DNA of 64,000 nucleotides from Desulfatiglandales bacterium (lineage in GTDB: Bacteria > Desulfobacterota > DSM-4660 > Desulfatiglandales > Desulfatiglandaceae). A model generated the notes under the pieces. The model saw only the letters and a program-made list of their open reading frames with translations, did not search any database and had not been told where the DNA came from. The position numbers and the translations under genes are program-made. The stretch spans positions 3,392,001-3,456,000 of the forward strand of contig OY759599.1 of assembly GCA_963662465.1 (NCBI GenBank), given 5' to 3'. Positions 47,175-59,070 of this stretch are shown in pieces. Numbering within the stretch: position 1 is the first letter of the stretch; each line of letters opens with the position of its first letter.

Positions 47175-48846
47175 TTCCTCAATAAGCATTGCCCTTAACC
47201 GAAAAATCTAATCCCCTCTTCTCTGCCATCACCATATTGATGGTATCCTCATCACTGATTCTTCAACCAGAACGCTACGTGTCTCACCAGCATTTTTAAA
47301 ATACCATCTGATATACTCTTTCATGCAACCTCTAACAAATTTACAAGAAAACCCTTCTAAAAGGAAAAGACCAGTGCGCAATATCTGGTTCCGTTTGGAG
47401 TAGCAAAACTGGTTCCATTTTGGTTAGCGCCCAAGAACCCAACCGACCGCCGCCGGCAATAACGGCATGGTTCTTAAGCCCGGTGTCGGGTATGCTTGAC
47501 GACTCAAGCGGTTCATGACGAAACCAACGCTTTTTCAATGCATACAGCCGCGCAGTCTGGCCTGAAACCAATGGGGTCAGCACCATCGTCAAGACGGTAG
47601 TGGTCAGTATCAAAGCGTAGAGATCGTTGTTTATCGAATGGGTCGATAGCCCCAGGCGCGCCAACACGAACGAAAACTCGCCAATCTGAAACAGACCCAG
47701 CCCAACGGCCAGCGGGATCACGTTGCCGTATCTGAAAATCCGAACGATGACCGCGAAAATGATGCCCTTGCCGATACCGACGGCCAGCACCAGGGCAATC
47801 ACCTGCCCGAAATGATCCACCAGAAAAACCGGGTCCAAGAGCATGCCGACCGAGGTGAAAAACAACAGCCCAAAAAGATCACGAAGGGGAATGATATCGC
47901 TCAGGGCTTGATAGCCATAGTCGGATTCGCTTAGCACCATGCCGGCGACAAACGCACCAAAGGCAAAGGAAAGCCCCAGCATGTGCGTAACATACCCTAT
48001 GCCCAAACCGATGGCGGTGATGGCAAGCAAGAAGAGTTCCCGCGAACCCAGGTTGGCGATATGCGTCATCAGTCGCGGCAAAAGCCGGGTGCCCAGCAAG
48101 ATCATTCCCGCGATAAAACCAGCCGCTTTTACCGCGGCGAAACCGATGGCAGGCAAACCTACCGCCGGGTTGTTCAGTTGAGGGAGGATAATCATCATGG
48201 GGATCACAGCCAGATCCTGAACGATGAGCATTCCAATCATCACCTTGCTGGAAAGGGCGCCTAACCAGCCCTGGTTCATCAGCGTCTTGAGGATCACCAT
48301 GGTGCTCGAAAGGGAAATAAGGGCCCCGAGCCACAGTGACGCTTTCCAATCCCATCCCATCAAGTGCCCGATACATAAACCAAAACCAATGGTAAGGGTC
48401 ATCTGGATAGGCGTACCGATCAAAGCCGCCTTTTTTACCGGTTTGAGATCTTTGAGGGAAAACTCAAGCCCCAGCGCGAACAGAAGCAGGGCCACGCCTA
48501 TCTCGGCAAGCAATTCGATTTCGTGAATGTTGGAAACCGTAAGCCCCCCGGTATGGGGTCCCAAAATGACCCCTGCCGCGATATAACCCAGGATTAGCGG
48601 CTGGCCGAGTCGCTGCATAATCATGCCGCAAAAAAATGCCGCAACGATAAGAAGTATGATGTCGGTCGCAATACCCATTTTACCGCATCCCATGCCTTGG
48701 GCAAAATTCATTTAAGATGTCGGCATCGGCGGGCAACATATAACACGTTGGCTGCTCCATGCATGCCTTCACCCTGGAATATTTGTCGTTATTCCTTCAC
48801 GGCAGTAACGCATCCCGTTATGCGTTAAGTACCAATGTAAAATCAA

Positions 48847-48863
48847 AGCAAAATGAATGCCAA
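48847..48863 (-). promoter_or_regulatory. Sigma54 (-24/-12) promoter for the antiporter operon
   Basis: Minus strand TTGGCATTCATTTTGCT (GG-N10-GC); adjacent bEBP gene; palindrome GGGCGA-ca-TCGCCC at 49011-49024 is a possible UAS. Confidence 0.72.
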
Positions 48864-49045
48864 ACCCGATGGGGTTACATAACAACCGGATATGTATGGA
48901 AAACAAAGCTGAAGGGGGGGGGAGGGCAAAAAAATGCCGACGCGAAAAGATCGCCCACCCAAATTAATGAAAAACGATATAAGCTTCTGAATTATAAGGA
49001 TTGTTAAATTGGGCGACATCGCCCGCCGGCGGGCGCTTCCGGCAC

Positions 49046-50848
49046 TTAAGGGGATGTCATCTTCCGGAAAAGTGCTCGTCGGGATATGCCCAATAGCGTA
49101 GCGGCCCGGGTTCTGTTGCCATCCGCCTGATGCAGGGCTTTTGCAATGAGGGATTTTTCCAATTGTTGGACGGCTTCACGCAGGTTAGTGGTTGTTGTGA
49201 TCGGCGCCGTTTTCGATTGGGAACCCGATACGAGAAAATCAACGTGGCCCAAGGTTACGTAGCGTTGCAATACATTGCGGAGTTCGCGCACATTACCCGG
49301 CCAATCATACGCCATCAGAATATCCAATGTGCGACCGGGGACCTTGTTCATTCCGGAAGGCGCTTTCATGTTGCGTAAGAAATGTTCTATCAACAAGACA
49401 ATGTCCTGTTTACGATCACGCAATGGCGGCAACTGAATTTCTATCACCTGGATGCGGTAAAAAAAATCCTTGCGCATTTGACCGTTCGCGACTTTGTCGC
49501 CTAAAAGGGCATTTGATGCCGATATTATACGAAAATCCGTTGAGATGGCCTCTGCCCCGCCCACCGGTCGATATCCGCCACCTTCTATGGCCCGGAGCAA
49601 CTTGGCTTGCATGTTGACGGTTAACTCACCGACCTCATCAAGAAACAGGGTCCCGCCGTCAGCCGTATCCAGATAGCCTGGAGAATCGGCATGGGCGCTG
49701 GAAAATGCCCCTTTGCGGTGCCCAAAAAATTCCCTCTCAAACAACGACTCTTGAATTGCACCACAGTTCACCGCAACAAACCGCTTATTTTTTCTGTCAC
49801 TATGGTCATGTATGGCATGGGCGACCAGTTCCTTACCCGATCCGGATTCCCCGGACACGGCAACATTTGCATCCGTTGCAGCCGCTTTAAGAATGAGTTC
49901 ATAGACCGCCTGCATGGCCGGCGAACGGCCAAGGATTTCCCCAAGTCGATACCGTTCTTTCAATGAGGATCTCAGGACTCGATTTTCGTTGTGCAATTGG
50001 GCAGCCATGTGCTGGGCAGCCATCTGTTGTTCCTTTATCCGAGTTATGTCTTTGAAAGTTGACAGTAAGGCTGGGCGCCCTTTCAGGGTAATCAGGTTAT
50101 GACATACTTGTACCCATAAAATTTTATCGGATCGTATCAATTGGTGAACTTCATCAATCCTGACATCGAGGATACCATCTGCCGTGGACGCATAGAGGCT
50201 TGCGATCTCGTCCGCATTACCCCCTGGAGGGCGATGAACCAAACCATCGCACATCTCTTCCGCGGATGGAACGTTAAACACTTTGCAAAATGCTGGATTC
50301 ACATAACAAAAACGTGAATTTTGGACCAGTGCAACACCTTCGTCAACCTGTTCGGTAAGCATCCGATAGCGCTCTTCACTTTCTTTAAGGGCCTCCTCGG
50401 AACGCTTTAACCACAGCACTTTACTCAAACGTTCGCCAATGGCCCTTAAAAGGCGGTCTTCTTCTAAAAACGCGCCCTTTTCTCCAGTCGGAGGTTTCTG
50501 GATGTAATAGACCTCCACATCGCCCACATGCTGGTCGTTCAGGATGATTTTGCTATCTTGCCGCCAGGGCGTCGGATTAAAATTCTCGGAGACATATTCT
50601 TGACCATCCACCCGAATGCGTGCGCATGCATTTTCCGGATACTGCCAGGCTGTGGGAATCAATTCGACGGCACGCTGCATAATCCACGACAAGGAGACAT
50701 CCTGATTTTCAAACAGGTTGGAAATGCCGTACAAACAATTGAGTTCTTTGATACGTTCGGTAAGCGCGTTCGGGGCCGTGGAGACCCCCAGCGGTTTCAA
50801 ATAAATATTATTCCCGTTATTTTTCACAAGTTTAGCGCCCATATACAC
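49046..50848 (-). CDS. Sigma54-dependent enhancer-binding protein with PAS and Fis HTH
   Basis: GESGSGKE, FVAVNCGAI, TLFLDEVGEL, WPGNVREL; loop 1 reads GAFSSA. Confidence 0.92.
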   Translation of the reverse strand: MYMGAKLVKNNGNNIYLKPLGVSTAPNALTERIKELNCLYGISNLFENQDVSLSWIMQRAVELIPTAWQYPENACARIRVDGQEYVSENFNPTPWRQDSKIILNDQHVGDVEVYYIQKPPTGEKGAFLEEDRLLRAIGERLSKVLWLKRSEEALKESEERYRMLTEQVDEGVALVQNSRFCYVNPAFCKVFNVPSAEEMCDGLVHRPPGGNADEIASLYASTADGILDVRIDEVHQLIRSDKILWVQVCHNLITLKGRPALLSTFKDITRIKEQQMAAQHMAAQLHNENRVLRSSLKERYRLGEILGRSPAMQAVYELILKAAATDANVAVSGESGSGKELVAHAIHDHSDRKNKRFVAVNCGAIQESLFEREFFGHRKGAFSSAHADSPGYLDTADGGTLFLDEVGELTVNMQAKLLRAIEGGGYRPVGGAEAISTDFRIISASNALLGDKVANGQMRKDFFYRIQVIEIQLPPLRDRKQDIVLLIEHFLRNMKAPSGMNKVPGRTLDILMAYDWPGNVRELRNVLQRYVTLGHVDFLVSGSQSKTAPITTTTNLREAVQQLEKSLIAKALHQADGNRTRAATLLGISRRALFRKMTSP

Positions 50849-50898
50849 TGTTTTTTCGTATCTTTTGGTGTTATGTCCGACTTATTACAGGACGTCGA

Positions 50899-51597
50899 TC
50901 AACCGTTTTCGGCGAATTGAACCAGGGCGTGGGGATCGGTGACAACGATCTGCTCGCGCCCGGACTTGATCCAGCCGTTTTTCTCCCAGGCGCTGAGGGT
51001 CCGGCTGACCGTGTATAAAGTGGTCCCGGAATAATCGGCGATATTTTGGCGGCTAAGGGGCATATCAATTTGAATCCCGGACCGGGTTTTCGAACCAGCC
51101 CGCCGCATGAGCCGCAGCAGGGAGCGGGCGATACGTTGATCCACACGCTCGGTGCAAATTTCCAGATACCGGTGTTGCACATCGTCGATGCGCTCCAGAA
51201 TAATGCTTAGCAGATTGATGGTGATATCCGGATATTGGCGCAGCCATTGCGTCATTGCCGATTTATCCCAGCAGGTGATTTCCGTCTCTTCTATGGATTC
51301 AGCCGTGACCGGATAGGGCCGGTTTTTGAGGACGGCGATTGCGGCGGTCAATTCTCCCGCGCCGATATAGCGGAGGATTATTTCCTTGCCCTGCTCGTTG
51401 AGTTGGGTCAGTTTTAAACGCCCCTGATTTACCAGAAAGCAACTGACGGCCGGATCACCCTGATGGAATAGAATGCTTTTGGATTGGAGTTTTATGCGAC
51501 GCCCTTTTTTCAATAGATCTTCGTATTGCTCACTTTCAAGGCCCTTGAAAATCTCTGATTCATGCAGGCTATCCGATATATGCGGGTTCGTATCCAT
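50899..51597 (-). CDS. Crp/Fnr-family regulator, NnrR-like
   Basis: cNMP domain; HTH IDMPLSRQNIADYSGTTLYTVSRTLSAWE...GREQI resembles the NnrR clade. Confidence 0.85.
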   Translation of the reverse strand: MDTNPHISDSLHESEIFKGLESEQYEDLLKKGRRIKLQSKSILFHQGDPAVSCFLVNQGRLKLTQLNEQGKEIILRYIGAGELTAAIAVLKNRPYPVTAESIEETEITCWDKSAMTQWLRQYPDITINLLSIILERIDDVQHRYLEICTERVDQRIARSLLRLMRRAGSKTRSGIQIDMPLSRQNIADYSGTTLYTVSRTLSAWEKNGWIKSGREQIVVTDPHALVQFAENG

Positions 51598-51857
51598 TCA
51601 GTTTTAACACAACCTTGCAGTCGTTCCAAATCTCTCACAACGGCTGTGAATTCATCGCCATTCCGAAGCAATAGACAAAAGCTGCTTCTTTCCAACGGAT
51701 TATGGCACATTTCCACGTTTCCTGCCAGGCATAAATCCACCTGAATGCAGAGGCCCAAGAATACAGGCCCTCATTATTCGTTTTTTAAAATTTCAAATTG
51801 ACTGGAAACAGGCGGACATGATAAATATTTCATCCCACCGTATAGGAGCGGTTTCCA

Positions 51858-53315
51858 ATGAATGAAAAGCCGACATATGAGGAACTTGAGCGCAGGGTCC
51901 GGGAATTGGAGCAGGTAGAACGAGACCTAAAGCGGGCCGAGGAAGCGCTGTCGAAGAGCGAGCGGTTTTTACCTGAGGCAGCTAAAATCGCTAATCTTGG
52001 TGCTTGGGAACTCGATATTGATAAAGACGGCAGACCTATCCGCATATCTGGCGCAGCTCAGGATATTACTGAACAAAAACGGACGGAAGACCTGCTGCGG
52101 AAGAAGGCATCTGAACTGGAGCGCGCTCAGCAAGTGGCCCATATTGGGAGCTGGACCTATGATCCGGTCACTCGGATGCTTGTATGGAGTAAGGAGATGT
52201 TTCGAATCTTCGGGATGGAGCCGGCGCCTGAAGCGACCCCGTATATCGTACACCAACAGATTATTCACCCGGAAGATTGGAATCGATTTGACACGGCAGT
52301 GACGCGCGCGATGAATGAAGGCCGGGGGTATAACCTGGATCTTCGAATTATCCGGCGCGACGGTGAAATCCGCTATGTAAACGCCCGATGCAAGACCGCC
52401 CGTGGTCCGGACGGAAAAGTCATTCAATTGATCGGAACCACTCAGGACGTCACTACTCTGAAAGAGATGGAACGAAAACTGACTAAGAGCAGGGACCGTT
52501 ACCAATCAGTGGTGGAAGACCAGACCGAAATCATCAGCCGTTTCAGACCGGACGGCAAGTTCACCTTTGTCAGTGACACCTACTGCCGGTTCTTTGGGAA
52601 ATCATCCGAAGAGTTGATCGCCCGCAAATGGCAGCCGGTGGCGCACGAAGACGACCTGCCGCTTATTCAGAAGCGACTCAGTGAAGTGTCGCCTGAAAAC
52701 CCGGTGGCTGAAGTCGAAAATCGGGTGTGGGACGCCGAAGGGCGGCTGCGCTGGATGCAGTTTGTCAACCGCGGATTTTTCAATAAAAAAGGGAACCTGA
52801 CCGAGATCCAGTCCGTTGGGCGAGATATCACACCCCTGAAAGAGCAGGAACGGTTACTCATTGAAAAAGAGAGGCAGATACGGCGCCAGTCGGAAGAACT
52901 GGAAAAGGTCAATCACGCGCTCGAGGTCCTGCTGGATCAACGGACCCGGCAGATTTCGGATATGAGAGAAGGGCTGTTACGGGACTTCAACCGGTTGATT
53001 ATTGCGGATCTTCATTCATTGAAACGTAGCATGACAGGAGATGCGAATCGCAAAACAATCGACTTGGTCATTGATAACTTTCAGCGCCTGTTGTCGCCAA
53101 AGTCGGATCCCATCACCTCAGAGAAATACCGCCTCACCCGGACCGAACTCAAAATCGCCACCATGCTCCGAAACGACATGACCTCGAGAGAAATTGCCGA
53201 ACACCTCTATATTTCGCCCCATACGGTGGGCTTTCACCGGAAGAACCTTCGAAAAAAGCTGGGCCTTCAGGAGTCGTCCACGGCCCTGACCCAGTTCCTC
53301 AAGACCCATCTCTAA
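51858..53315 (+). CDS. Multi-PAS LuxR-family transcriptional regulator
   Basis: PAS/PAC domains; LTRTELKIA...TVGFHRKNLRKKLG. The first PAS looks internally shortened. Confidence 0.88.
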   Translation: MNEKPTYEELERRVRELEQVERDLKRAEEALSKSERFLPEAAKIANLGAWELDIDKDGRPIRISGAAQDITEQKRTEDLLRKKASELERAQQVAHIGSWTYDPVTRMLVWSKEMFRIFGMEPAPEATPYIVHQQIIHPEDWNRFDTAVTRAMNEGRGYNLDLRIIRRDGEIRYVNARCKTARGPDGKVIQLIGTTQDVTTLKEMERKLTKSRDRYQSVVEDQTEIISRFRPDGKFTFVSDTYCRFFGKSSEELIARKWQPVAHEDDLPLIQKRLSEVSPENPVAEVENRVWDAEGRLRWMQFVNRGFFNKKGNLTEIQSVGRDITPLKEQERLLIEKERQIRRQSEELEKVNHALEVLLDQRTRQISDMREGLLRDFNRLIIADLHSLKRSMTGDANRKTIDLVIDNFQRLLSPKSDPITSEKYRLTRTELKIATMLRNDMTSREIAEHLYISPHTVGFHRKNLRKKLGLQESSTALTQFLKTHL

Positions 53316-53542
53316 TCCAGGAGGATTTATTACTGGTAGGTTTAACCTACCACAAACCCACCGATAAAACACCCATTTATAATGCCCTTAACATCCACTA
53401 TAGTATTTCAAACATTGCAACCGTTTCTCCCATAACATCGCAGTTCAAGCCCTCCAACATGCGGGAGAGGATGAAACGGGCATTCATACCCAACGCCGAA
53501 TTCCGATTGCGGCCGACATAAATTCGGCAACAGAGAGACCTG

Positions 53543-56059
53543 ATGATCACAGCAGCGGAGCATTCAAAAGAGACGGCGCGAAAACTGACGATCAAGTATT
53601 TCCTGTGGATTTTTATCCCCGTGGGGTTCATCCTGTCCGCCTTCATGACCGGCATATATCTGATCGAAATTCAATCCGAAAAAACGAAACTGAAATTCGA
53701 GCAGATGGCCCACCTCAAGAATCAGGAAAAGTTGATTCGGGAGGTCTTATACAACATTTTGTCAGATGTATTGTTTTTGTCGGACCTGGAAAACCTCAGG
53801 GACTTGAATGATGCGGATGTTCCCCATCTTCCACATCATGTGGAACGGGAGTTCTTGAGTTTTTCTAAAAACAAGAAGATCTATGATCAGATTCGATGGA
53901 TTGATCAAAATGGAAAAGAACGCATTCGTGTCGATTTTCATAACGGTCATCCCCTTGTTGTGCCGGAGCGGCTTCTGCAGTCCAAAACCGAGAGATACTA
54001 TTTTAAGGAGGCCTTGGGGCTTCAAAAGGGCCGGATCTATGTTTCCCCCCTGGACCTGAACGTGGAACACGGACAAATCGAGATACCCCATAAACCCATG
54101 ATTCGGTTTGCCACGCCGGTTTTTGATAAAAGGGGCCGGAAAATGGGCGTCCTGGTGCTCAATTATCTGGCAGGTCTGCTCATCAAAGATTTGGAGAATG
54201 CGTTCGAGGATACCCATGGGGAACTGATGCTCCTGAACTGGAAGGGATACTGGTTGATCAGCCCGCGCAAGGACCAGGAATGGGGATTCATGCACCCCGA
54301 TAAACAGGGACTTCGGTTTGAAACCTTTTTTCCGGCGGCCTGGCGCAAAATTCAAACCGAAAGAAGCGGACAGTTTGCAACGCCGAACGGGCTCTTCTCT
54401 TTTTTAAAGGTATACCCGGTGTGTGAGAGCCTGTGGATGGCCCTCAAAGCTACCAAAGGGGATTTTGAATTTGGTGACTGTCCCCTCAAAGAAACCTATC
54501 AGTGGGTTGTGGTATTGCATACACCACCGGCGTTTCTGGCCGATTTGATACGTCCATACCGATACGCCTTTGCGGGTATTCTGGCCTTCTTACTGGTGAT
54601 GGCAGCCTTTGGCGCCTGCATAACGGCGCGACAAATGGCGGCCAGGGAGACCGGCCAGGTGGTGAAGGAAGCCATGTATCGGCTCAAGGACAGCCTGCTG
54701 GGAGCGACCCTTGCCATCAGCGGGAATCTGGATCTGGAGGCGGCGCTGCGGGAAATTCTGGAGAACGCCAAGCAGTTGGCCGATGCCCGGTTTGCGGCCC
54801 TGAACCTGCCCGATAATATGGTGAATGCCGCCCCGTTTTTCAGTTTGGGCATGGATGAAGCGGAAAAAGAGAAGATCGAGCGATGTCCACCGAGAAAGGG
54901 CCTTATCGAGGCCATTGAAACAGAGCGCAAGAGCATTATGGTGCCCGATGTGACGTCGGATGCCAGATTTTGCGGATTTCCCAAAGGACATCCGAAGATG
55001 ACCTCTTTCCTGGGAACGCCGATTATTTATCAAGGGCGTCTTCTGGGGAATATCTACCTGACGGAGAAAATCGGCCGCGACGCCTTTACAACTTTGGACA
55101 AACAGCTTATCGAGGCCTTCGCGGGCCATGCGGCAGCCGCCATTAACAACGCCATGCTCTATCAGGAGATTCGCGAACTGAACCGTCACCTGGAGGACAA
55201 GGTGACGGAGCGAACCCGGGATCTGCAGACCGCGCTTCAGTCGGCTGAAGTGGCCAATCAGGCCAAAAGTGATTTTCTGGCCGCCATGAGCCACGAACTG
55301 CGAACCCCCCTGAACGCGGTGATCGGTTTCTCCGAGGTGCTTTGGGATCAGTTCTTTGGTCCCTTAAACGATAAACAGCTGGAGTATGTGAAAGATGTGC
55401 TGGAAAGCGGCAGACATCTGCTTTCGTTGATCAATGATATTCTGGATTTAAGCAAGATCGAGGCCGGCAAAACGGCCCTGGAGGCGTCGTCCGTGGACCT
55501 GGTTTTGCTGGCTTCCGGCAGCCTGACCATGATTCGTGAAAAGGCCATGAAACACGGCATTCAGACCCACCTCCATGTGGAAAACGATCGAACCGAGTGG
55601 TTTATTGAGGCGGATGAACGCAAATTGAAACAGGTGCTTTTTAATCTGTTGTCCAATGCCGCCAAATTCACCCCGGACGGGGGCGTCATTGAAATCCATT
55701 TGACCCATGCGAAGCCCTTTAAAAACGCCCGGTTCGTTCAAAACGCGGCAAAGGATAACGCTGAGGGTCCGTCGGAATTCGTACGGGTCTGCGTGATGGA
55801 TACGGGAATCGGCATTTCGTCCAAAGACCAGGAAGCTGTATTTGATGCCTTTTTTCAGGTGAGCCGGGGCTATACCGACAAAACCGCGGGCACCGGGCTG
55901 GGGCTGCCGCTTTCCAGACAACTGGTGGCGCTTCATGGCGGCAGGCTGTGGGTGGAAAGTGAGGGAGAAGGGAAAGGAAGTACCTTTTGCTTTGAGATTC
56001 CGGTTTCACAGACCGGAAAACAGGAAAATGATTCAACCAAGGGAGAATCTCAGTCATGA
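53543..56059 (+). CDS. Sensor kinase: dCache-GAF-HisKA-HATPase
   Basis: [41 protein letters not shown]. Confidence 0.92.
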   Translation: MITAAEHSKETARKLTIKYFLWIFIPVGFILSAFMTGIYLIEIQSEKTKLKFEQMAHLKNQEKLIREVLYNILSDVLFLSDLENLRDLNDADVPHLPHHVEREFLSFSKNKKIYDQIRWIDQNGKERIRVDFHNGHPLVVPERLLQSKTERYYFKEALGLQKGRIYVSPLDLNVEHGQIEIPHKPMIRFATPVFDKRGRKMGVLVLNYLAGLLIKDLENAFEDTHGELMLLNWKGYWLISPRKDQEWGFMHPDKQGLRFETFFPAAWRKIQTERSGQFATPNGLFSFLKVYPVCESLWMALKATKGDFEFGDCPLKETYQWVVVLHTPPAFLADLIRPYRYAFAGILAFLLVMAAFGACITARQMAARETGQVVKEAMYRLKDSLLGATLAISGNLDLEAALREILENAKQLADARFAALNLPDNMVNAAPFFSLGMDEAEKEKIERCPPRKGLIEAIETERKSIMVPDVTSDARFCGFPKGHPKMTSFLGTPIIYQGRLLGNIYLTEKIGRDAFTTLDKQLIEAFAGHAAAAINNAMLYQEIRELNRHLEDKVTERTRDLQTALQSAEVANQAKSDFLAAMSHELRTPLNAVIGFSEVLWDQFFGPLNDKQLEYVKDVLESGRHLLSLINDILDLSKIEAGKTALEASSVDLVLLASGSLTMIREKAMKHGIQTHLHVENDRTEWFIEADERKLKQVLFNLLSNAAKFTPDGGVIEIHLTHAKPFKNARFVQNAAKDNAEGPSEFVRVCVMDTGIGISSKDQEAVFDAFFQVSRGYTDKTAGTGLGLPLSRQLVALHGGRLWVESEGEGKGSTFCFEIPVSQTGKQENDSTKGESQS

Positions 56060-57264
56060 AAACACCCCAAATTCTCGTTGTGGATGATGAATCGCAGAAC
56101 CTGCGTCTCATGCAAGCCATGCTGACGCCTCTGGGTTATGCGGTTCATACGGCGGCCGACGGCGCCGAAGGCGTTCAAGCGGCAAACGATTTGAAACCCG
56201 ATCTGATCCTCATGGATGTCATGATGCCCAAAATGGATGGGTTTGATGCCACGAGAGCGCTTAAATCCGGAAAAGACACACACGGCATTCCCATCGTCAT
56301 GGTTACGGCCTTAAGTGAGCGAAAAGACCGCATCCTGGCCATGGAGGCAGGCGCCGATGATTTTTTGTCAAAGCCGGTGGATACCACGGAGCTGAAAGCC
56401 CGGGTCCGGTCTTTGCTCAAAGTCAAGGCCTACCATGACCATCTTCTGAAAGATCAGGAAGAACTGGAGCAGAAAGTGCGTCGCCGCACAAAACAGCTGC
56501 ACGAGGCCCTGGAAAAGATCAACCGGGCCGCCGCGGCGGCCGAATCGGCAAATATCGTGAAAAGCGAGTTTCTCTCCAACATCAGTCATGAATTGCGAAC
56601 CCCCTTGAACGGCATTATCGGAATGAGCGACCTTATGCTGGATACGGACCTTTCAGAGGAACAGCACGAATACATGGCAATCGTCCGCCAGTCTGCGGAT
56701 GCGCTTTTGGAACTCATCGATCGGACGCTGGATTTTTCCGAAATCCATAAGGGACTGCTGGTATTGAAATCCGAAACGTTCCATCTGCTTGAATGGCTGG
56801 ATGATATCGTGCGAATGCTAAAACCCAAAGCGGAAGAAAAAGGAATTGTGCTCACGGTGTCGGCGGACCCGGATGTGCCGGAATCCTTTACCGGCGACGG
56901 AGGGCGCATGCGGCAGGCGCTGGTGAATCTCGCGGGAAACGCCATTAAATTTACGGAACAGGGGGAGGTGAACATTCAGATTTCCACAACCGGCGAAACG
57001 GCCGAGGATTTGCGGTTGCATGTGGCGGTTGCGGATACGGGTATCGGCATTGCCCCCGAGCATCAGGATCGTATTTTTGAAGCGTTTACGCAGGTAGATG
57101 GGTCCTCCACCAGACGCTATGAGGGAATCGGCCTGGGGCTGTCGCTGGCCGGCCGCCTGGTGCAGCTCATGGGCGGCCACATGGGGCTGGAGAGTCAGCC
57201 GGGAGAAGGGAGCCGGTTCTGGTTCACCATTCCCATGACCGAAAAATTGCATCAAAAGGCATGA
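56056..57264 (+). CDS. Hybrid REC-HisKA-HATPase kinase
   Basis: N-terminal [27 protein letters not shown]. Confidence 0.92.
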   Translation: MKTPQILVVDDESQNLRLMQAMLTPLGYAVHTAADGAEGVQAANDLKPDLILMDVMMPKMDGFDATRALKSGKDTHGIPIVMVTALSERKDRILAMEAGADDFLSKPVDTTELKARVRSLLKVKAYHDHLLKDQEELEQKVRRRTKQLHEALEKINRAAAAAESANIVKSEFLSNISHELRTPLNGIIGMSDLMLDTDLSEEQHEYMAIVRQSADALLELIDRTLDFSEIHKGLLVLKSETFHLLEWLDDIVRMLKPKAEEKGIVLTVSADPDVPESFTGDGGRMRQALVNLAGNAIKFTEQGEVNIQISTTGETAEDLRLHVAVADTGIGIAPEHQDRIFEAFTQVDGSSTRRYEGIGLGLSLAGRLVQLMGGHMGLESQPGEGSRFWFTIPMTEKLHQKA

Positions 57265-57276
57265 GAGGGAGTTTTC

Positions 57277-59070
57277 ATGAGCGATCAGTTAAGCCGCCAG
57301 GCATTGGAGGCCCGGATTTTGGAACTTGAAAAACAAGTCGCCGATCAAAAGGCGGGGGATATACGGATAAAAATCCTGTCACAGGCGATGGCGTCGAGCC
57401 CCGTGTCGGTGGTGATCACGGACCACAACGGCGTCATTGAATATGTGAACCCCAAATTTGAGTTCCTCACCGGCTACACGCTTGCGGAAGCTGTGGGAAA
57501 AAATCCCAGCGTATTGAATGCCGGGGTTCAGCCTAAAGACTATTACCGGGATATGTGGCAAAAGATTTCCGCGGGCCGGGACTGGAAAGGGGAGTTTTGC
57601 AATCGCAAAAAGAATGGGGAATTGTATTGGGAGCAGGCCCTGATCTCCCCCATTTTGAATGAAGCCGGCCGGATCACCCATTTTGTGGCGGTCAAAGAGG
57701 ACATCACCGAACGAAAGCGCATGACCGAGGAGTTGTCCCGGGCCAAGGTCATGGCTGAATCAGCCAACCAGGCCAAGAATGAATTTCTGGCCAACATGAG
57801 CCACGAACTCCGCACGCCGCTCAATGCCATCATCGGTTTTTCCGAAGTGCTTCAGGAAGGCTATTTTGGTGGTCTGAATGAAAAGCAGCACGAATATGTG
57901 GCCGATATTCTGGGCAGCGGGCGGCATTTGCTCTCACTGATCAATGATATCCTGGATCTTGCCAAAATTGAATCCGGTAAAATGGAACTTGAGACCACCC
58001 GGTTTGCGGTGCATGGTCTGCTGGAAAACAGCCTTTTCATGATCAAGGAAAAGGCGCTGAAGCACGGTATTTCCCTGTCCGTGAACATGCCGGAATCGGA
58101 TAGGGCCCTTGAGATAACCGCCGATGAACGTAAGCTCAAGCAGGTGCTGTTTAACCTGCTGTCCAACGCCGCCAAGTTTACACCCGATGGCGGCGGCATT
58201 GTGCTCGGCGCCCGAAAAATCGCGGATTTTGCGGTGCGTCGAATGGAATTAACGGGAGAAGGCCCCCCGTCGGGCAATGGGGTGCATGCCGTGGATCAGG
58301 GGCCGGGCGTTGAAATTCGCGTGAGCGATACGGGCATCGGCCTTGATGCGGAAGATTTACCCCATCTGTTTGATGAATTCTATCAGGTGGAAACGGGCAT
58401 GAGCAGACAGGGCCCCGGTACGGGACTGGGACTGCCGCTGGCCAGGCGGTTCGTGGAACTGCATGGCGGGGTCATCTGGGTGAAGAGCCGGGGGGCGGAA
58501 CTGGGAAGTATCTTCGGGTTTGTGCTGCCCCTTGAAGTTCCTCCCGCCGCCGTTGAAATGAAGCCCCAAAAACCGGTGAAACAGCTTTCACCGGTTCAAA
58601 GCGGGGATGGTTTTATGTCGCATTTATATGCGCCGACTCCAGGGGCTGAAAATCCCCGGGCCGATGCAAGTTCGGAAAAAACCCATCAACTGACTGAAAA
58701 ACTGGCCCTGTTTCAGCAGTTGATCCTTCAAAGCAACGATGCCATCTTCATGGTTAGGGAAAGCACGGGCAGAATCGTTGACATGAACAACCAGGCCTGC
58801 CGGAGCCTCGGCTACACACGGGATGAATTACTGAAAATGACCGTACTGGATATCGAAGTCTCCATTCTTCACAGCCCTCGGGAATGGAAAGCGCACGTTA
58901 ATGAAATGCGCGTTTCAAACGGAAAAATTCTTCGATGCAGCCACCGCCGCAAAGACGGCTCCATATTTCCGGTGGAGATCAGCCTTCGCCACGTGCATTA
59001 TCAAAATGACGACTATATTGTAGCGATTGCGCGTGATATGAGCGCTTTTAGATGTGAAAAGGAGTGTTAA
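57277..59070 (+). CDS. PAS-HisKA-HATPase kinase with an extra C-terminal PAS
   Basis: [10 protein letters not shown]; a PAS domain follows the ATPase domain. Confidence 0.9.
   Translation: MSDQLSRQALEARILELEKQVADQKAGDIRIKILSQAMASSPVSVVITDHNGVIEYVNPKFEFLTGYTLAEAVGKNPSVLNAGVQPKDYYRDMWQKISAGRDWKGEFCNRKKNGELYWEQALISPILNEAGRITHFVAVKEDITERKRMTEELSRAKVMAESANQAKNEFLANMSHELRTPLNAIIGFSEVLQEGYFGGLNEKQHEYVADILGSGRHLLSLINDILDLAKIESGKMELETTRFAVHGLLENSLFMIKEKALKHGISLSVNMPESDRALEITADERKLKQVLFNLLSNAAKFTPDGGGIVLGARKIADFAVRRMELTGEGPPSGNGVHAVDQGPGVEIRVSDTGIGLDAEDLPHLFDEFYQVETGMSRQGPGTGLGLPLARRFVELHGGVIWVKSRGAELGSIFGFVLPLEVPPAAVEMKPQKPVKQLSPVQSGDGFMSHLYAPTPGAENPRADASSEKTHQLTEKLALFQQLILQSNDAIFMVRESTGRIVDMNNQACRSLGYTRDELLKMTVLDIEVSILHSPREWKAHVNEMRVSNGKILRCSHRRKDGSIFPVEISLRHVHYQNDDYIVAIARDMSAFRCEKEC

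Larger units (their letters stand above)
42711..47435 (+). mobile_element. IS21-family element with passenger genes, 4725 bp
   Basis: 50-bp imperfect TIRs with internal AAAAnnGAACCA repeats; 8-bp TSD AACCCAAC (42703-42710, 47436-47443); istA and istB present. Confidence 0.92.
41948..48678 (-). pseudogene. CPA2 cation:proton antiporter with TrkA-N/TrkA-C (Kef/RosB-like), split by IS21
   Basis: Removing 42711-47435 and one TSD restores ...[13 protein letters not shown]... in frame. Confidence 0.9.
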
